A stretch of DNA of 64,000 nucleotides from Paramoeba atlantica (taxonomy: Eukaryota; Protista; Discosea). Position 1 is the stretch's first letter. Every line of letters starts with the position of its first letter. The notes under the pieces were generated by a model, which ran no database searches, was not told the origin of the DNA, and saw nothing but the letters and a program-made list of their open reading frames with translations. A program made the position numbers and the translations under genes. Shown piece by piece: positions 10,386 through 21,646 of the stretch. The stretch is taken from assembly GCA_977017575.1 (NCBI GenBank), contig CDRNVI010000058.1, positions 1 to 64,000 of the forward strand. The letters are read 5' to 3'.

Positions 10386-11673
10386 TGCGCCATCCTACAC
10401 CGTTTACTACAGCAGTACTATGGAGAACAAATGATGAGGCCTCTAAACCAACATTGTCCGAACGGTGTGCCCACGAACTACACTCTGATGTTACTGAAAT
10501 TCTACAACTTGGACAAGGTCGCCCCCACATGGCGGAAGAAACTGGAAAAACTACAGGTGGAGCTGGAACCACGGCCTTCTTACACAAAGTCTTGTTCTCC
10601 TGCTGGGGAAAAAAGTATTAAAAAGATATTGGAAAACAAGGACTATCAAACTCTACAGTACGTGGAAGAAAGTAGCACCCCTTTTCCCATAAGCGACTCG
10701 GAAACACACTTATATACGGATGGGTCGCTCATTCCGGGTACAAAGAAACAACTCCAAGGATGCGGCATAGTAATACGAAACAACGAACGTACATTATTCT
10801 ACGGGACAAAACCTCCGGAAAAATTCTGTGATTCCATACAATCTATAGAGGTATATGCTGTTGTCGAGGCAATTTCTCTGGCTAGCAACTACGAGGGAGA
10901 TGTAATACTTCACACGGATTCAGAGTACATATGGGATTTCTTCCACGAAACTGTGCATCGGTGTCGGCTCATTGGTTTCCACTCATTCAAAGGGTGCGAA
11001 GCAATGCGATCCCTTCAAAACGCTTACTACAGTAAGCTTACTACAGTAAGTATTCTACTGTATCAAGGTCAAATCACACAATGAAAATATGTACAACGAT
11101 ACCGCAGATTATTTAGCCAAAAAGGCGTGCAAGCTGGAAGGAAATGAACTAGCTATAAAATACTACGGGGATATATTGCACGGCAATGCAAAGAGGAAAT
11201 CAGAGCAAAATAATACCTCAATATGTCTTAAAACTCAGAGGACTAGAAAAGGCACAAACCAAAGATCAGTACCTGTATCTACGGGGCCCCCTTTGTCGGA
11301 AAACTCAAACGATTCACGTTCAACGAAACAACCCAAACGGAGCATTCGAATAAATGAAAAGAGGACGAAATCTCCCAAACGCAAAGCTTCTCTACATAAG
11401 AAGACAAAGGGTATCAACTTAATTTCCAGCCACCCACAGATAACCAATTCGAACGTAAGCATTGAGGTGAAACGAAATAAACCGCAAATGAAGCGTCTAA
11501 AAGATACAAGTTTGGACTTATCATCATCCCAGACAAAGAGTGAACCAGAAAATGAAAAGGAGTCACAAAAGCGAGTGAAAAGGACATCAAAGAAAAAACC
11601 TTGTTTTACAGCTAAAGGGAAAGACAAGAGTATAATTGATGTAAAAAAGCATGGAAATAAGCGGGAGAATTAG
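10380..11673 (+). pseudogene. Frameshifted RNase HI-like ORF with a basic, low-complexity C-terminal tail
   Basis: Frame 1 has LYTDGS...GCGIV...SIEVYAVVEAI...LHTDSEY. After a +1 shift near 11050 the frame reads IKVKSHNENMYNDTADYLAKKA, completing the D-E-D-D set and the conserved His. Confidence 0.75.
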
Positions 11674-11997
11674 CCTTACGACATTAACTTTCCGATTTGA
11701 GAGATGCTATTGGAACCTATGCTTCTGTTGTATTTAAGTTAATTACCATCAGATTTGGTGAATTAAAGAATTACGTTCGCTGACGTGATTGCGACGGTGA
11801 GTTGTCTTATAGTGTCTTATAGAGACCGATTGATTAGGAGGCTTGAAATTGAAAGTCTGTTTGTTTTTGAAAAATTTTCGGTAAATATGTTCTGTGTTGA
11901 TATTTTGAACGTGGAAATATTTAGGGGAAATTTTTGAATCCTTTAACTGGGCTAACATCTCAGTGTTTGTTGGTTGGTTGGAGTCGCATTCTCTACC

Positions 11998-12367
11998 CAA
12001 ATCATCCAAATTATTCCGGATTGCTCCGGATGGTCACTGGCAAGCCAGACCCCGCACAGACAGATTTGGAAGTTCCGAGGCCGACGTCCTCTACCAGTTT
12101 CCGCTTGTCCAAGGCGGCACCAACGTGCTGTTGCCAGCACGCTGCGTCGACGAACTGTACGTCAACACGGCTTACCCAAGAGGTGTAAGCCGGGTAAGGG
12201 AGCTGGTTCCCTGAGGGGAGGGTCCGGGACGGTCCTCCGAGTACTGGGCCTAGTCGGTTATCAGCCCAGCCTCTTAGAGTGAGGCCGCCAGGAATATTTC
12301 GATGAGCGGCTTTGAACTCGCCGTCTGAGCACCATGTGCTTGAAACTTTGAATTCTTGCTACTCCGC
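11998..12367 (+). repeat. Element A, copy 3
   Basis: Same sequence as copy 1 with scattered substitutions. Confidence 0.92.
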
Positions 12368-12712
12368 CCCCGCTAGGAAGAAGTCCGCTAGGAAGAAGGC
12401 CTCCCTCTGGAGGAACGACCCGGAACCGCAGAGCCGAACCAGGCTCCAGCGCAGCCGCCGAAAATTCATGCTGCTTACGCAAACGAGGCATGAGACACAG
12501 CCTACACGATGCAACGGGGTTGGGCGCCCGTCCTGGTAGCTACGGTTGGGTACCCGTGCTCGGGCCGCAAGGCGTCGAGTGCCGTCTGGGAAGGGGGAAG
12601 CAAGACAATGAAGGTCGGTGACTTGACACTCTACCCTAAAGGTGCAGAGCCCTCGGTGTCTTTTCTTCTTCTTGTTCGTATTCCCCAGAGTCCTGAAAGC
12701 GGGTTTGCAACT

Positions 12713-13370
12713 CTACTACCGCGTTTAACGAAGAGCCTAAAAAAGAAAATTTGTCCTGGAAAGCTGAAGAAAATTAAAATATTATAGCCAAAAATAGCCG
12801 ATTTTCGGGTAAAAATGGGGTCATTTTTGGGTATTTGTTTTCATGAAATCCGATATTTGCTCTGGGGAAATCACTCGTAGGCATGAATGAAAGCCTGCCG
12901 AACGCATTGGGTAAAGAATGCGACCCCAACCAAACCATTCACAGACCCTTCACAGACAGATTTGGAAGTTCCGAGGCCGACGTCCTCTACCAGTTTCCGC
13001 TTGTCCAAGGCGGCACCAACGTGCTGTTACCAACACGCTGCGTCGACGAACTGTACGTCAACACGGCTTACCCAAGAGGTTTAAGCCGGGTAAGGGAGCT
13101 GGTTCCCTGAGGGGAGGGTCCGGGACGGTCCTCCGAGTGCTGGGCCTAGTCGGTTATCAGCCCAGCCTCTTAGAGTGAGGCCGCCAGGAATATTGCGATG
13201 AGCGGTTTTGAACTCGCCGTCTGAGCACCATGTGCTTCAAACTTTGAATTCGTGCCACTCCGCCACATTTTTACCCGAAAATCGGCTAGTTTTGGCTATA
13301 ATCTTTCCGTTTTCTTCAGCCTTCCGGACCAAAGTTTCTTTTTTAGGCTCTTCGTTAAACGCGGTGGTAG
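12713..13370. mobile_element. Module bounded by ~105-bp inverted repeats (12713-12817 / 13266-13370) enclosing element A copy 4
   Basis: Arms align end to end without gaps, e.g. ACCGCGTTTAACGAAGAGCCTAAAAAAGAAA and TAGCCGATTTTCGGGTAAAAATG; no TSD seen. Confidence 0.55.
12942..13265 (+). repeat. Element A, copy 4 (lacks the first ~50 bp)
   Basis: Begins at CAGACCCTTCACAGACAG and ends at CCACTCCGCCA. Confidence 0.9.
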
Positions 13371-14007
13371 TTTTCAACGCGAAGCGCGCAGCATGAGTGA
13401 CTTCTAAGTTGAAAACAACCACCGCGTTTAACGAAGATCCTAAATTTGTTATCTCGTGTTTGAGATCTTTGTTACCCACCGTTTGTGGCCTTCGTGATCT
13501 CTGTGATCAGTGCTAACAAATTTTTGAAATCCGTAAAAAAAAGAGCGGGTACAGCACGTACTTGCACACACTGGTTCCGTATCCCAGCCTTCTTGACGCA
13601 CATCCAAAGACGTGTTGCCGGGGAGATCACTCGGATGCGGAAACGAGCCCCTTAAGTGGGAAGCATTCGGGGCTGTGAAATGACTCGGGAGAAATATTTT
13701 TTTTCTCGGCCATCACAGTGCCAGGCAAGCCAAGGCGTGTTTACTACGCCGAGATAATGGGAATATCCAAAACCATGTATTTTGGACCCAGGGGGTACCA
13801 GGCTCCCAATAAAAAAAGGCAGCAAAGCGCTTCACCAGAGGAACGAGATCTATCCATCCACGAGATCTGCGAAAATGAAAAAAAACAGATACAAAAACTT
13901 AAAATTCCGCGGGGGGGGAAGATATCTTGAAACCCCTTGTCACGAAAAGTGACATGGTCCTCCCTTAAAGAATCAATGAAAAGTCGTTCATATTACTCGA
14001 GTGCCTA

Positions 14008-16073
14008 GTTTTCTGTAAAGATCAAGATTTTTGCAAAGATCAAGATTTTTGTAAAGATCAAGTTTTTTGTAAGGACCAAGTTTCTTGTAAAGATCAAGTT
14101 TTTTGCAAAGACCAAATTGTTTGTGAAGATCAAGTTTTTTGTAAGGATCAAGTTCCTTGTAAAGATCAAATTTCTTGTAAAGATCAAGTTTCTTGTAAAG
14201 ATCAAGTTTCTTGTAAAGATCAAGCTTTTTGCAAAGATCAAGTTTTTTGCAAAGATCAAGTTTCTTGTAAAGATCAAGCTTTTTGCAAAGATCAAGTTTT
14301 TTGCAAAGATCAAGTTTTTTGCAAAGATCAAGTTTTTTGCAAAGATCAAGTTTTTTGCAAAGATCAAATTGTTTGTGAAGATCAAGTTTTTTGTAAGGAT
14401 CAAGTTTCTTGTAAAGATCAAGTTTCTTGTAAAGATCAAGCTTCTTGTAAAGATCAAGTTTCTTGTAAGGATCAAGCTTTTTGCAAAGATCAAGTTTCTT
14501 GTAAAGATCAAGTTTCTTGTAAAGATCAAATTTCTTGTAAAGATCAAGCTTTTTGCAAAGATCAAGTTTTTTGCAAAGATCAAATTGTTTGTGAAGATCA
14601 AGTTTTTTGTAAGGACCAAGTTTCTTGTAAAGATCAAGTTTTTTGCAAAGACCAAATTGTTTGTGAAGATCAAGTTTTTTGTAAGGATCAAGTTCCTTGT
14701 AAAGATCAAGTTTCTTGTAAAGATCAAGTTTCTTGTAAAGATCAAGTTTCTTGTAAAGATCAAGCTTTTTGCAAAGATCAAGTTTTTTGCAAAGATCAAG
14801 TTTCTTGTAAAGATCAAGCTTTTTGCAAAGATCAAGTTTTTTGCAAAGATCAAGTTTTTTGCAAAGATCAAGTTTTTTGCAAAGATCAAGTTTTTTGCAA
14901 AGATCAAATTGTTTGTGAAGATCAAGTTTTTTGTAAGGATCAAGTTTCTTGTAAAGATCAAGTTTCTTGTAAAGATCAAGCTTCTTGTAAAGATCAAGTT
15001 TCTTGTAAGGATCAAGTTTTTTGCAAAGATCAAGTTTCTTGTAAAGATCAAGTTTCTTGTAAAGATCAAATTTCTTGTAAAGATCAAGCTTTTTGCAAAG
15101 ATCAAGTTTTTTGCAAAGATCAAATTGTTTGTGAAGATCAAATTTCTTGTAAAGATCAAGTTTCTTGTAAAGATCAAGTCTCTTGTAAAGATCAAGCTTT
15201 TTGCAAAGATCAAGCTTTTTGCAAAGACCAAATTGTTTGTGAAGATCAAATGTTTTGTAAGGATCAATTTTCTTGTAAAGTTCAAGTTTCTTGTAAAGAT
15301 CAAGTTTCTTGTAAAGATCAAATTTCTTGTAAAGATCAAGTTTCTTGTAAAGATCAAATTTCTTGTAAAGATCAAGCTTTTTGCAAAGATCAAGTTTTTT
15401 ACAAAGATCAAATTGTTTGTGAAGATCAAGTTTCTTGTAAAGATCAAGTTTCTTGTAAAGATCAAGTTTCTTGTAAAGATCAAGTCTCTTGTAAAGATCA
15501 AGCTTTTTGCAAAGATCAAGTTTTTTGCAAAGATCAAGTTTTTTGGACAGATCAAGTTTTTTGCAAAGATCAAATTGTTTGTGAAGATCAAGTTTTTTGT
15601 AAAGATCAAGCTGTCTTGTAAAGATCAAGTTTCTTGTAAAGATCAAGTCTCTTGTAAAGATCAAGCTTTTTGCAAAGATCAAGTTTTTTGCAAAGATCAA
15701 GTTTTTTGGAAAGATCAAGTTTTTTGCAAAGATCAAATTGTTTGTGAAGATCAAGTTTTTTGTAAGGATCAAGTTTCTTGTAAAGATCAAGTTTGCTGTA
15801 AAGATCAAGTGTTTTTGCAAAGATCAAGTTTCTTGTAAAGATCAAGTTTCTTGTAAAGATCAAGTTTTTTGAAAAGATCAAGTTTTTTGTAAGGATCAAG
15901 TTTTTTGCAAAGATCAAGTTTCTTGTAAAGATCAAGCTTTTTACAAAGATCAAATTTTTTGCAATGATCAAATTTTTTGTGAAGATCAACTTTCTTGTCA
16001 GGATCAAGTTTCTTGTAAAGATCAAGTTTTTTGTAAAGATCAAGTTTTTTGTGAAGATCAAGTTTTTTGTAAA
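14008..16073. repeat. 18-bp tandem array (AAAGATCAAGTTT(C/T)TTG(T/C)) x ~115 with a 540-bp higher-order duplication
   Basis: Directly visible; lines starting 14101 and 14641 are identical (540 bp = 30 units); a single indel near 15610. Confidence 0.97.
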
Positions 16074-16531
16074 TACTTGCAGAAATGGCGATGCGTCCGG
16101 TGCGCGTAAGTCCACAGAAATTATGAATCTTCTCGCGCGTTCGACGTTGGTCGGGGGGTTCTATTCCTGCAGAAGTCGGAACAGAACCTACTAAACTTCG
16201 ATCGAGAGCGTTGGGACGACTATCGCGTCACTTGCGTTTGGGAGGCGAGCTTGCGCTTGTGTAGAGGTACGCGAATGCACTGAACTATAGTGTGTGGCAG
16301 GGGGTTGTAGAACGCAGGGCGCCGAACCACTGGCGGATACGCTATGCTCAGTGTCCGCGGTATACGCTTCAATTCCCGCCTTGTAGTCCTCACATCGTCC
16401 TCTGTGCTGCTCGAGTGCACGTGCCTATAAGCAGGAGGCGCAGGAATAAGCGATCTCGAAAACAAAGAGCACAGTCCGGCAAACGTGCTCTCCGCGACTC
16501 GGTGGGTCTTAAAGATCCCGCTGTGAAGAGA

Positions 16532-17290
16532 ATGTTTAACATTGGAACCTTAAACGTAACTACCTTGAAGCTGAAGGGTGAGTACGAGTTTAGCGTACGA
16601 AAGTGCGGACACCTTTGCGAAGTACTTAGATTTATGGAGAGGAAGGGAATTAATATTCTAGGCTTGCAGGCTTACATATTTTCTTCTTCCGAAAAGTCGG
16701 ACGTACTCCACCGCAAAGTACAATACAAGAACACGGAGTGTCACTTGAACCTCATCACAACTCGCGACAAGGATGAATACAATGGGATGAGATTCGTCAG
16801 CTCTATTCCTTTGTTCAAGGTTTCTAAAATCAGCGAAAGAAATATGTTTGGTGAGTTTGAGATGGAAGATGGAGTCGGTACGGTTGTTAATGTATATTCT
16901 CCTACAAGAGATTCTTCAGACATCGAAATTAGGGAGTTTTACAGAGAACTGGAAAAATGCTGCTCAAAAGTGCGCGAGAACAATCAACGTCGCCCCATTA
17001 CAGTGCTAGGCGACTTCAGCGCACCATTAACGCACTAATTCCAATAAGGAATTAGACCCAATACAGCCGCACGACTTAAAGGCCTATCACGTTCTATAGA
17101 CTGTAAGTCAGCGCACCTCCTTTGTCCAAGCAGTCGGAAATGGACCTGCGAGCTGCCTAATAAGGCGTTGCGACAGTTGTAACACATATTTATATGCCGC
17201 AGATTTGCATCGGCGATTCAACGACACAAAGTGATCAAGGCACCTATTCCTACTACCACTGTTGTGTCATTGCGAGTATCAAGTCTTGGC
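16532..17290 (+). pseudogene. Degenerate APE (EEP-fold) endonuclease of a non-LTR retrotransposon, RTE-like
   Basis: IGTLNV, INILGLQ, NVYSPT...EFY and VLGDFSA motifs, then in the same frame past three stops KWTCELPN...QL*HIFICRRF, matching the WTW..PN...QIDHI motif. Confidence 0.75.
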
Positions 17291-17694
17291 CACGAGGCGG
17301 TGCGAAGCGGCGCCGATTTTTTTTACCTTTTTTCATTTTCTTGTGTACTGTCCCTTTCATAAATAATTATAAAAACTTTTGGATTTATAATTTTTTCAAC
17401 TTTTTTAGGCTCTTCGTTAAACGCGGCGGTCGTTTTCAACGCGAAGCGCACAGCATGAGTGACTTAACTCAAAACCCTCCACTAAACGAGTAACTACGAC
17501 TCAATGGCACTGGTCATTTAGGGTTCCACTAATTTACGCATCATCTAAGATGCAGGGATACCACACTTACAAAAGGTATGGCGTATCCAAAACGTGATAA
17601 TAAAAGCGAGTCAGAGTCCACACGTGGAACTGTAGTCATCCAGACCGACACTATCCAACTGCCATGGCAAATCCACGAGAGGCAGTACCCTTGA

Positions 17695-20655
17695 TGCGAG
17701 CGGTCATATTCTGTATCAAACGCCATATTCTCTATCAAATCAACTTGACTGATTCAACGCTACACGCGGATCTACACTCCATGCGAGCGGTTCGACGCTG
17801 CATCAAACAGCGGATCTACTCTCCTATAAATCAGCATGAGTGGTTTTACGCTGCAGGAGCAGCGGATCTACACTCTATGCGAGCGGTTCGACGCTGTATC
17901 AAACAGCGGATCTACGCTCCTATAAATCAGCATGAGTGGTTTTACGCTGCAGGAGCAGCGGATCTACACTCTATGCGAGCGGTTCGACGCTGTATCAAAC
18001 AGCGGATCTACGCTCCTATAAATCAGCATGAGTGGTTTTACGCTGCAGGAGCAGCGGCTCCACACTCCATGCGAGCGGTTCGACGCTGTATCAAACAGCG
18101 GATCTACGCTCCTATAAATCAGCATGAGTGGTTTTACGCTGCAGGAGCAGCGGATCTACACTCTATGCGAGCGGTTCGACGCTGTATCAAACAGCGGATC
18201 TACGCTCCTATAAATCAGCATGAGTGGTTTTACGCTGCAGGAGCAGCGGCTCCACACTCTATGCGAGCGGTTCGACGCTGTATCAAACAGCGGATCTACG
18301 CTCCTATAAATCAGCATGAGTGGTTTTACGCTGCAGGAGCAGCGGATCTACACTCTATGCGAGCGGTTCGACGCTGTATCAAACAGCGGATCTACGCTCC
18401 TATAAATCAGCATGAGTGGTTTTACGCTGCAGGAGCAGCGGCTCCACACTCCATGCGAGCGGTTCGACGCTGTATCAAACAGCGGATCTACGCTCCTATA
18501 AATCGGCATGAGTGGCTCGACGCTGCAAGACCAGCGGATCTACACTACATGCGAGAGGTTCGACGCTGGATCAAACAGCGAATCCACGCTCCTATAAATC
18601 GGCATGAGTGGCTCGACGCTGCAGGAGCTGCGGATCTACACTACATGCGAGCGGTTCGACGCTGTATCAAACAGCGGATCTACGCTCCTATAAATCAGCA
18701 TGAGTGGCTCGACGCTGCAGGACCAGCGGATCTACACTCTATGCGAGCGGTTCGACGCTGTATCAAACAGCGGATCTACGCTCCTATAAATCAGCATGAG
18801 TGGTTTTACGCTGCAGGAGCAGCGGATCTACACTCTATGCGAGCGGTTCGACGCTGTATCAAACAGCGGATCTACGCTCCTATAAATCAGCATGAGTGGT
18901 TTTACGCTGCAGGAGCAGCGGATCTACACTCTATGCGAGCGGTTCGACGCTGTATCAAACAGCGGATCTACGCTCCTATAAATCAGCATGAGTGGCTCGA
19001 CGCTGCAGGACCAGCGGATCTACACTACGTGCGAGCGGTTCGACGCTGGATCAAACAGCGAATCCACGCTCCTATAAATCGGCATGAGTGGTTTTACGCT
19101 GCAGGACCAGCGGATCTACACTACATGCGAGCGGTTCGACGCTGTATCAAACAGCGGATCTACGCTCCTATAAATCAGCATGAGTGGCTCGACGCTGCAG
19201 GACCAGCGGATCTACACTACATGCGAGCGGTTCGACGCTGGATCAAACAGCGAATCCACGCTCCTATAAATCGGCATGAGTGGCTCGACGCTGCAGGAGC
19301 AGCGGATCTACAATACATGCGAGCGGTTCGACGCTGTATCAAACAGCGGATCTACGCTCCTATAAATGAGCATAAGTGGCTCGACGCTGCAGGAGCAGCG
19401 GCTCCACACTCCATGCGAGCGGTTCGACACTGTATCAAACAGCGGATCTACGCTCCTATAAATCGGCATGAGTGGCTCGACGCTGCAAGACCAGCGGATC
19501 TACACTACGTGCGAGCGGTTCGACGCTGTATCAAACAGCGGATCTACGCTCCTATTAATCGGCATGAGTGGCTCAACGCTGCAGGAGCAGCGGATCTACA
19601 CTACATGCGAGCGGTTCGACGCTGTATCAAACAGCGGATCTACGCTCCTATTAATCGGCATGAGTGGCTCGACGCTGCAGGAGCAGCGGATCTACACTAC
19701 ATGCGAGCGGTTCGACACTGTATCAAACAGCGGATCTACGCTCCTATAAATCAGCATGAGTGGTTCGACGCTGCAGGACCAGCGGATCTACACTACATGC
19801 GAGCGGTTCGACGCTGGATCAAACAGCGAATCCACGCTCCTATAAATCGGCCTGAGTGGTTTTACGCTGCAGGACCAGCGGATCTACACTACATGCGGGC
19901 GGTTCGACGCTGTATCAAACAGCGGATCTACGCTCCTATAAATGAGCATGAGTGGCTCGACGCTGCAGGACCAGCGGCTCCACACTCCATGCGAGCGGCT
20001 CCACGCTGTGTCAAACAGCGGCTCCACGCTCCATCACATCAGCATGAGTGGCTCCACGCTGCTAAAACAGCGGCTCCACACTCCATGCGAGCGGCTCCAC
20101 GCTGTGTCAAACAGCGGCTCCACACTCCATGCGAGCGGCTCCACGCTGTGTCAAACAGCGGCTCCACACTCCACAAATCAGCATGAGTGGCTCCACGCTG
20201 CTAAAACAGCGGCTCCACACTCCATGCGAGCGGCTCCACGCTGTGTCAAACAGCGGCTCCACGCTCCATCACATCAGTATGAGTGGCTCCACGCTGCTAA
20301 AACAGCGGCTCCACACTCCATGCGAGCGGCTCCACGCTGTGTCAAACAGCGGCTCCACACTCCACAAATCAGCATGAGTGGCTCCACGCTGCTAAAACAG
20401 CGGCTCCACACTCCATGCGAGCGGCTCCACGCTGTGTCAAACAGCGGCTCCACGCTCCATCAAATCAGCATGAGTGGCTCCACGCTGCTAAAACAGCGGC
20501 TCCACACTCCATGCGAGCGGCTCCACGCTGTGTCAAACAGCGGCTCCACGCTCCATCAAATCAGCATGAGTGGCTCCACGCTGCTAAAACAGCGCTCCAC
20601 ACTCTATGCGAGCGGCTCCACGCTGTATCAAACAGCGGCTCCACGCTCTATCGAA
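17695..20655. repeat. 96-bp higher-order satellite of four subunits (21+23+30+22 bp), ~30 units in two sequence domains
   Basis: Each subunit begins with AG(C/T)GG-NTNNA-C(A/G)CT; from ~19970 all cores become AG(C/T)GGCTCCAC(A/G)CT. Confidence 0.95.
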
Positions 20656-20843
20656 TCTGCTTGAATTCCGCCGAATTAGTTTTCGGATTTTGGTGCAGGC
20701 CGGGTTTCAAGCCCGGTGTTGTCAAAACATTTTTTTTTCTGGCCTTCATGGTGCCAGGCCTGCCATGGCGCGTCTACTGCGCCGTGATAATGACGGGTTG
20801 GTGGACCCTCTCTGGGTAAGCCCAGATTAGGACTACCAACCCT

Positions 20844-21643
20844 CACATTATCACCACCTACGTATGCACCTAGATACTGGTTCCAGGCCGGTGGGTGACA
20901 GGCATGCCTTTGGGGCTGTTGACTCTCTCTCTCTCTCTCTCTTCCTTGCTTCTCCCTCTCTCCCTCCCTCTCTCTCTCCCTCTCTGTTTCTTTCTTTCTT
21001 TCTTTCTCCTTCTTTCTTTCTTTCTCCTTCTTTCTTTCTTTCTCCTTCTTTCTTTCTTTCTCCTTCTTTCTTTCTTTCTCCTTCTTTCTTTCTTTCTCCT
21101 TCTTTCTTTCTCCTTCTTTCTTTCTCCTTCTTTTTTTCTCCTTCTTTCTTTCTTTCTCCTTCTTTCTATCATTCTTTCAGACATTCCTTTCTTATTCTTT
21201 CTTTTCTTCGCTCTTGCATTCATCCATTCATTCTCTCCATTGCTTTCTCGCTTTCCGTCACATTCTTTCTTTTCCTCGCTTCTTTCTCTTTCTCATCTCT
21301 CCCCTCCTTTCTTTCTTTCTTTCTTTCTCTCTTACTTTCATTCATTCATTTCTTCATTTTTTCTTTCCTTCGCTCTTTCTTTATTCTTTCTTTACTTCGT
21401 TCATTCATTCCTTCATTCCTTCCTTTATTCTTTCTCTCCCTTGCTTTCTTGCTTTCCGTGTCTTTCTTTCTTTCCTTCCATTCTTTCAATGCGTAAACTT
21501 AAAGTTTGCGTTGTATAGCGGTTCTCCGCCCAATGGGTCCACCTATCTTCCTCACACTTCGCTTCAATGATACTAAGTATCAACGAAGCGACGCCGGGCT
21601 TGGAACCGGTATCTAGCGTGTTTACGTAGGTGGTGATAATGTG
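20844..21643. mobile_element. 800-bp module with ~50-bp terminal inverted repeats enclosing a CT-rich tract
   Basis: CACATTATCACCACCTACGTA at 20844 is a perfect 21-bp match to the reverse complement ending at 21643, followed by further similarity (CTAGATAC.GGTTCCA); no TSD seen. Confidence 0.55.
20920..21490. repeat. Polypyrimidine (CT/CTTT) tract including an 18-bp unit TCTCCTTCTTTCTTTCTT
   Basis: Directly visible. Confidence 0.95.
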
Positions 21644-21646
21644 CAT

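Noticed and set aside
11022-11049. 14-bp tandem duplication as the cause of the RNase H frameshift
   Set aside because: It sits at the shift, but removing 14 bp does not restore the frame (the offset is +1; removal gives +2).
9243-13265. Element A as rRNA, tRNA or snRNA; its short ORFs as genes
   Set aside because: No recognisable rRNA/snRNA motif, no cloverleaf or A-box, and ORF limits differ between copies.
13988-16115. 610-, 573- and 534-aa ORFs in array 2; LRR-like KKLDL
   Set aside because: Four of six frames are open by construction, and there is no LRR spacing with Asn or unique flanking domain; not called as CDS.
17664-20186. 840-aa ORF of 32-aa repeats
   Set aside because: Unit variants are mostly non-conservative in this frame (S/Y, C/W, FY/LD, G/R), which argues against protein-level selection.
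17695-20655. CRISPR array or integron attC array
   Set aside because: The linkers are repeated rather than unique spacers or cassettes; no cas or integrase gene; eukaryotic context.
20864-21646. Phe/Leu/Ser-rich and Arg/Lys-rich ORFs
   Set aside because: They are translations of the CT microsatellite.
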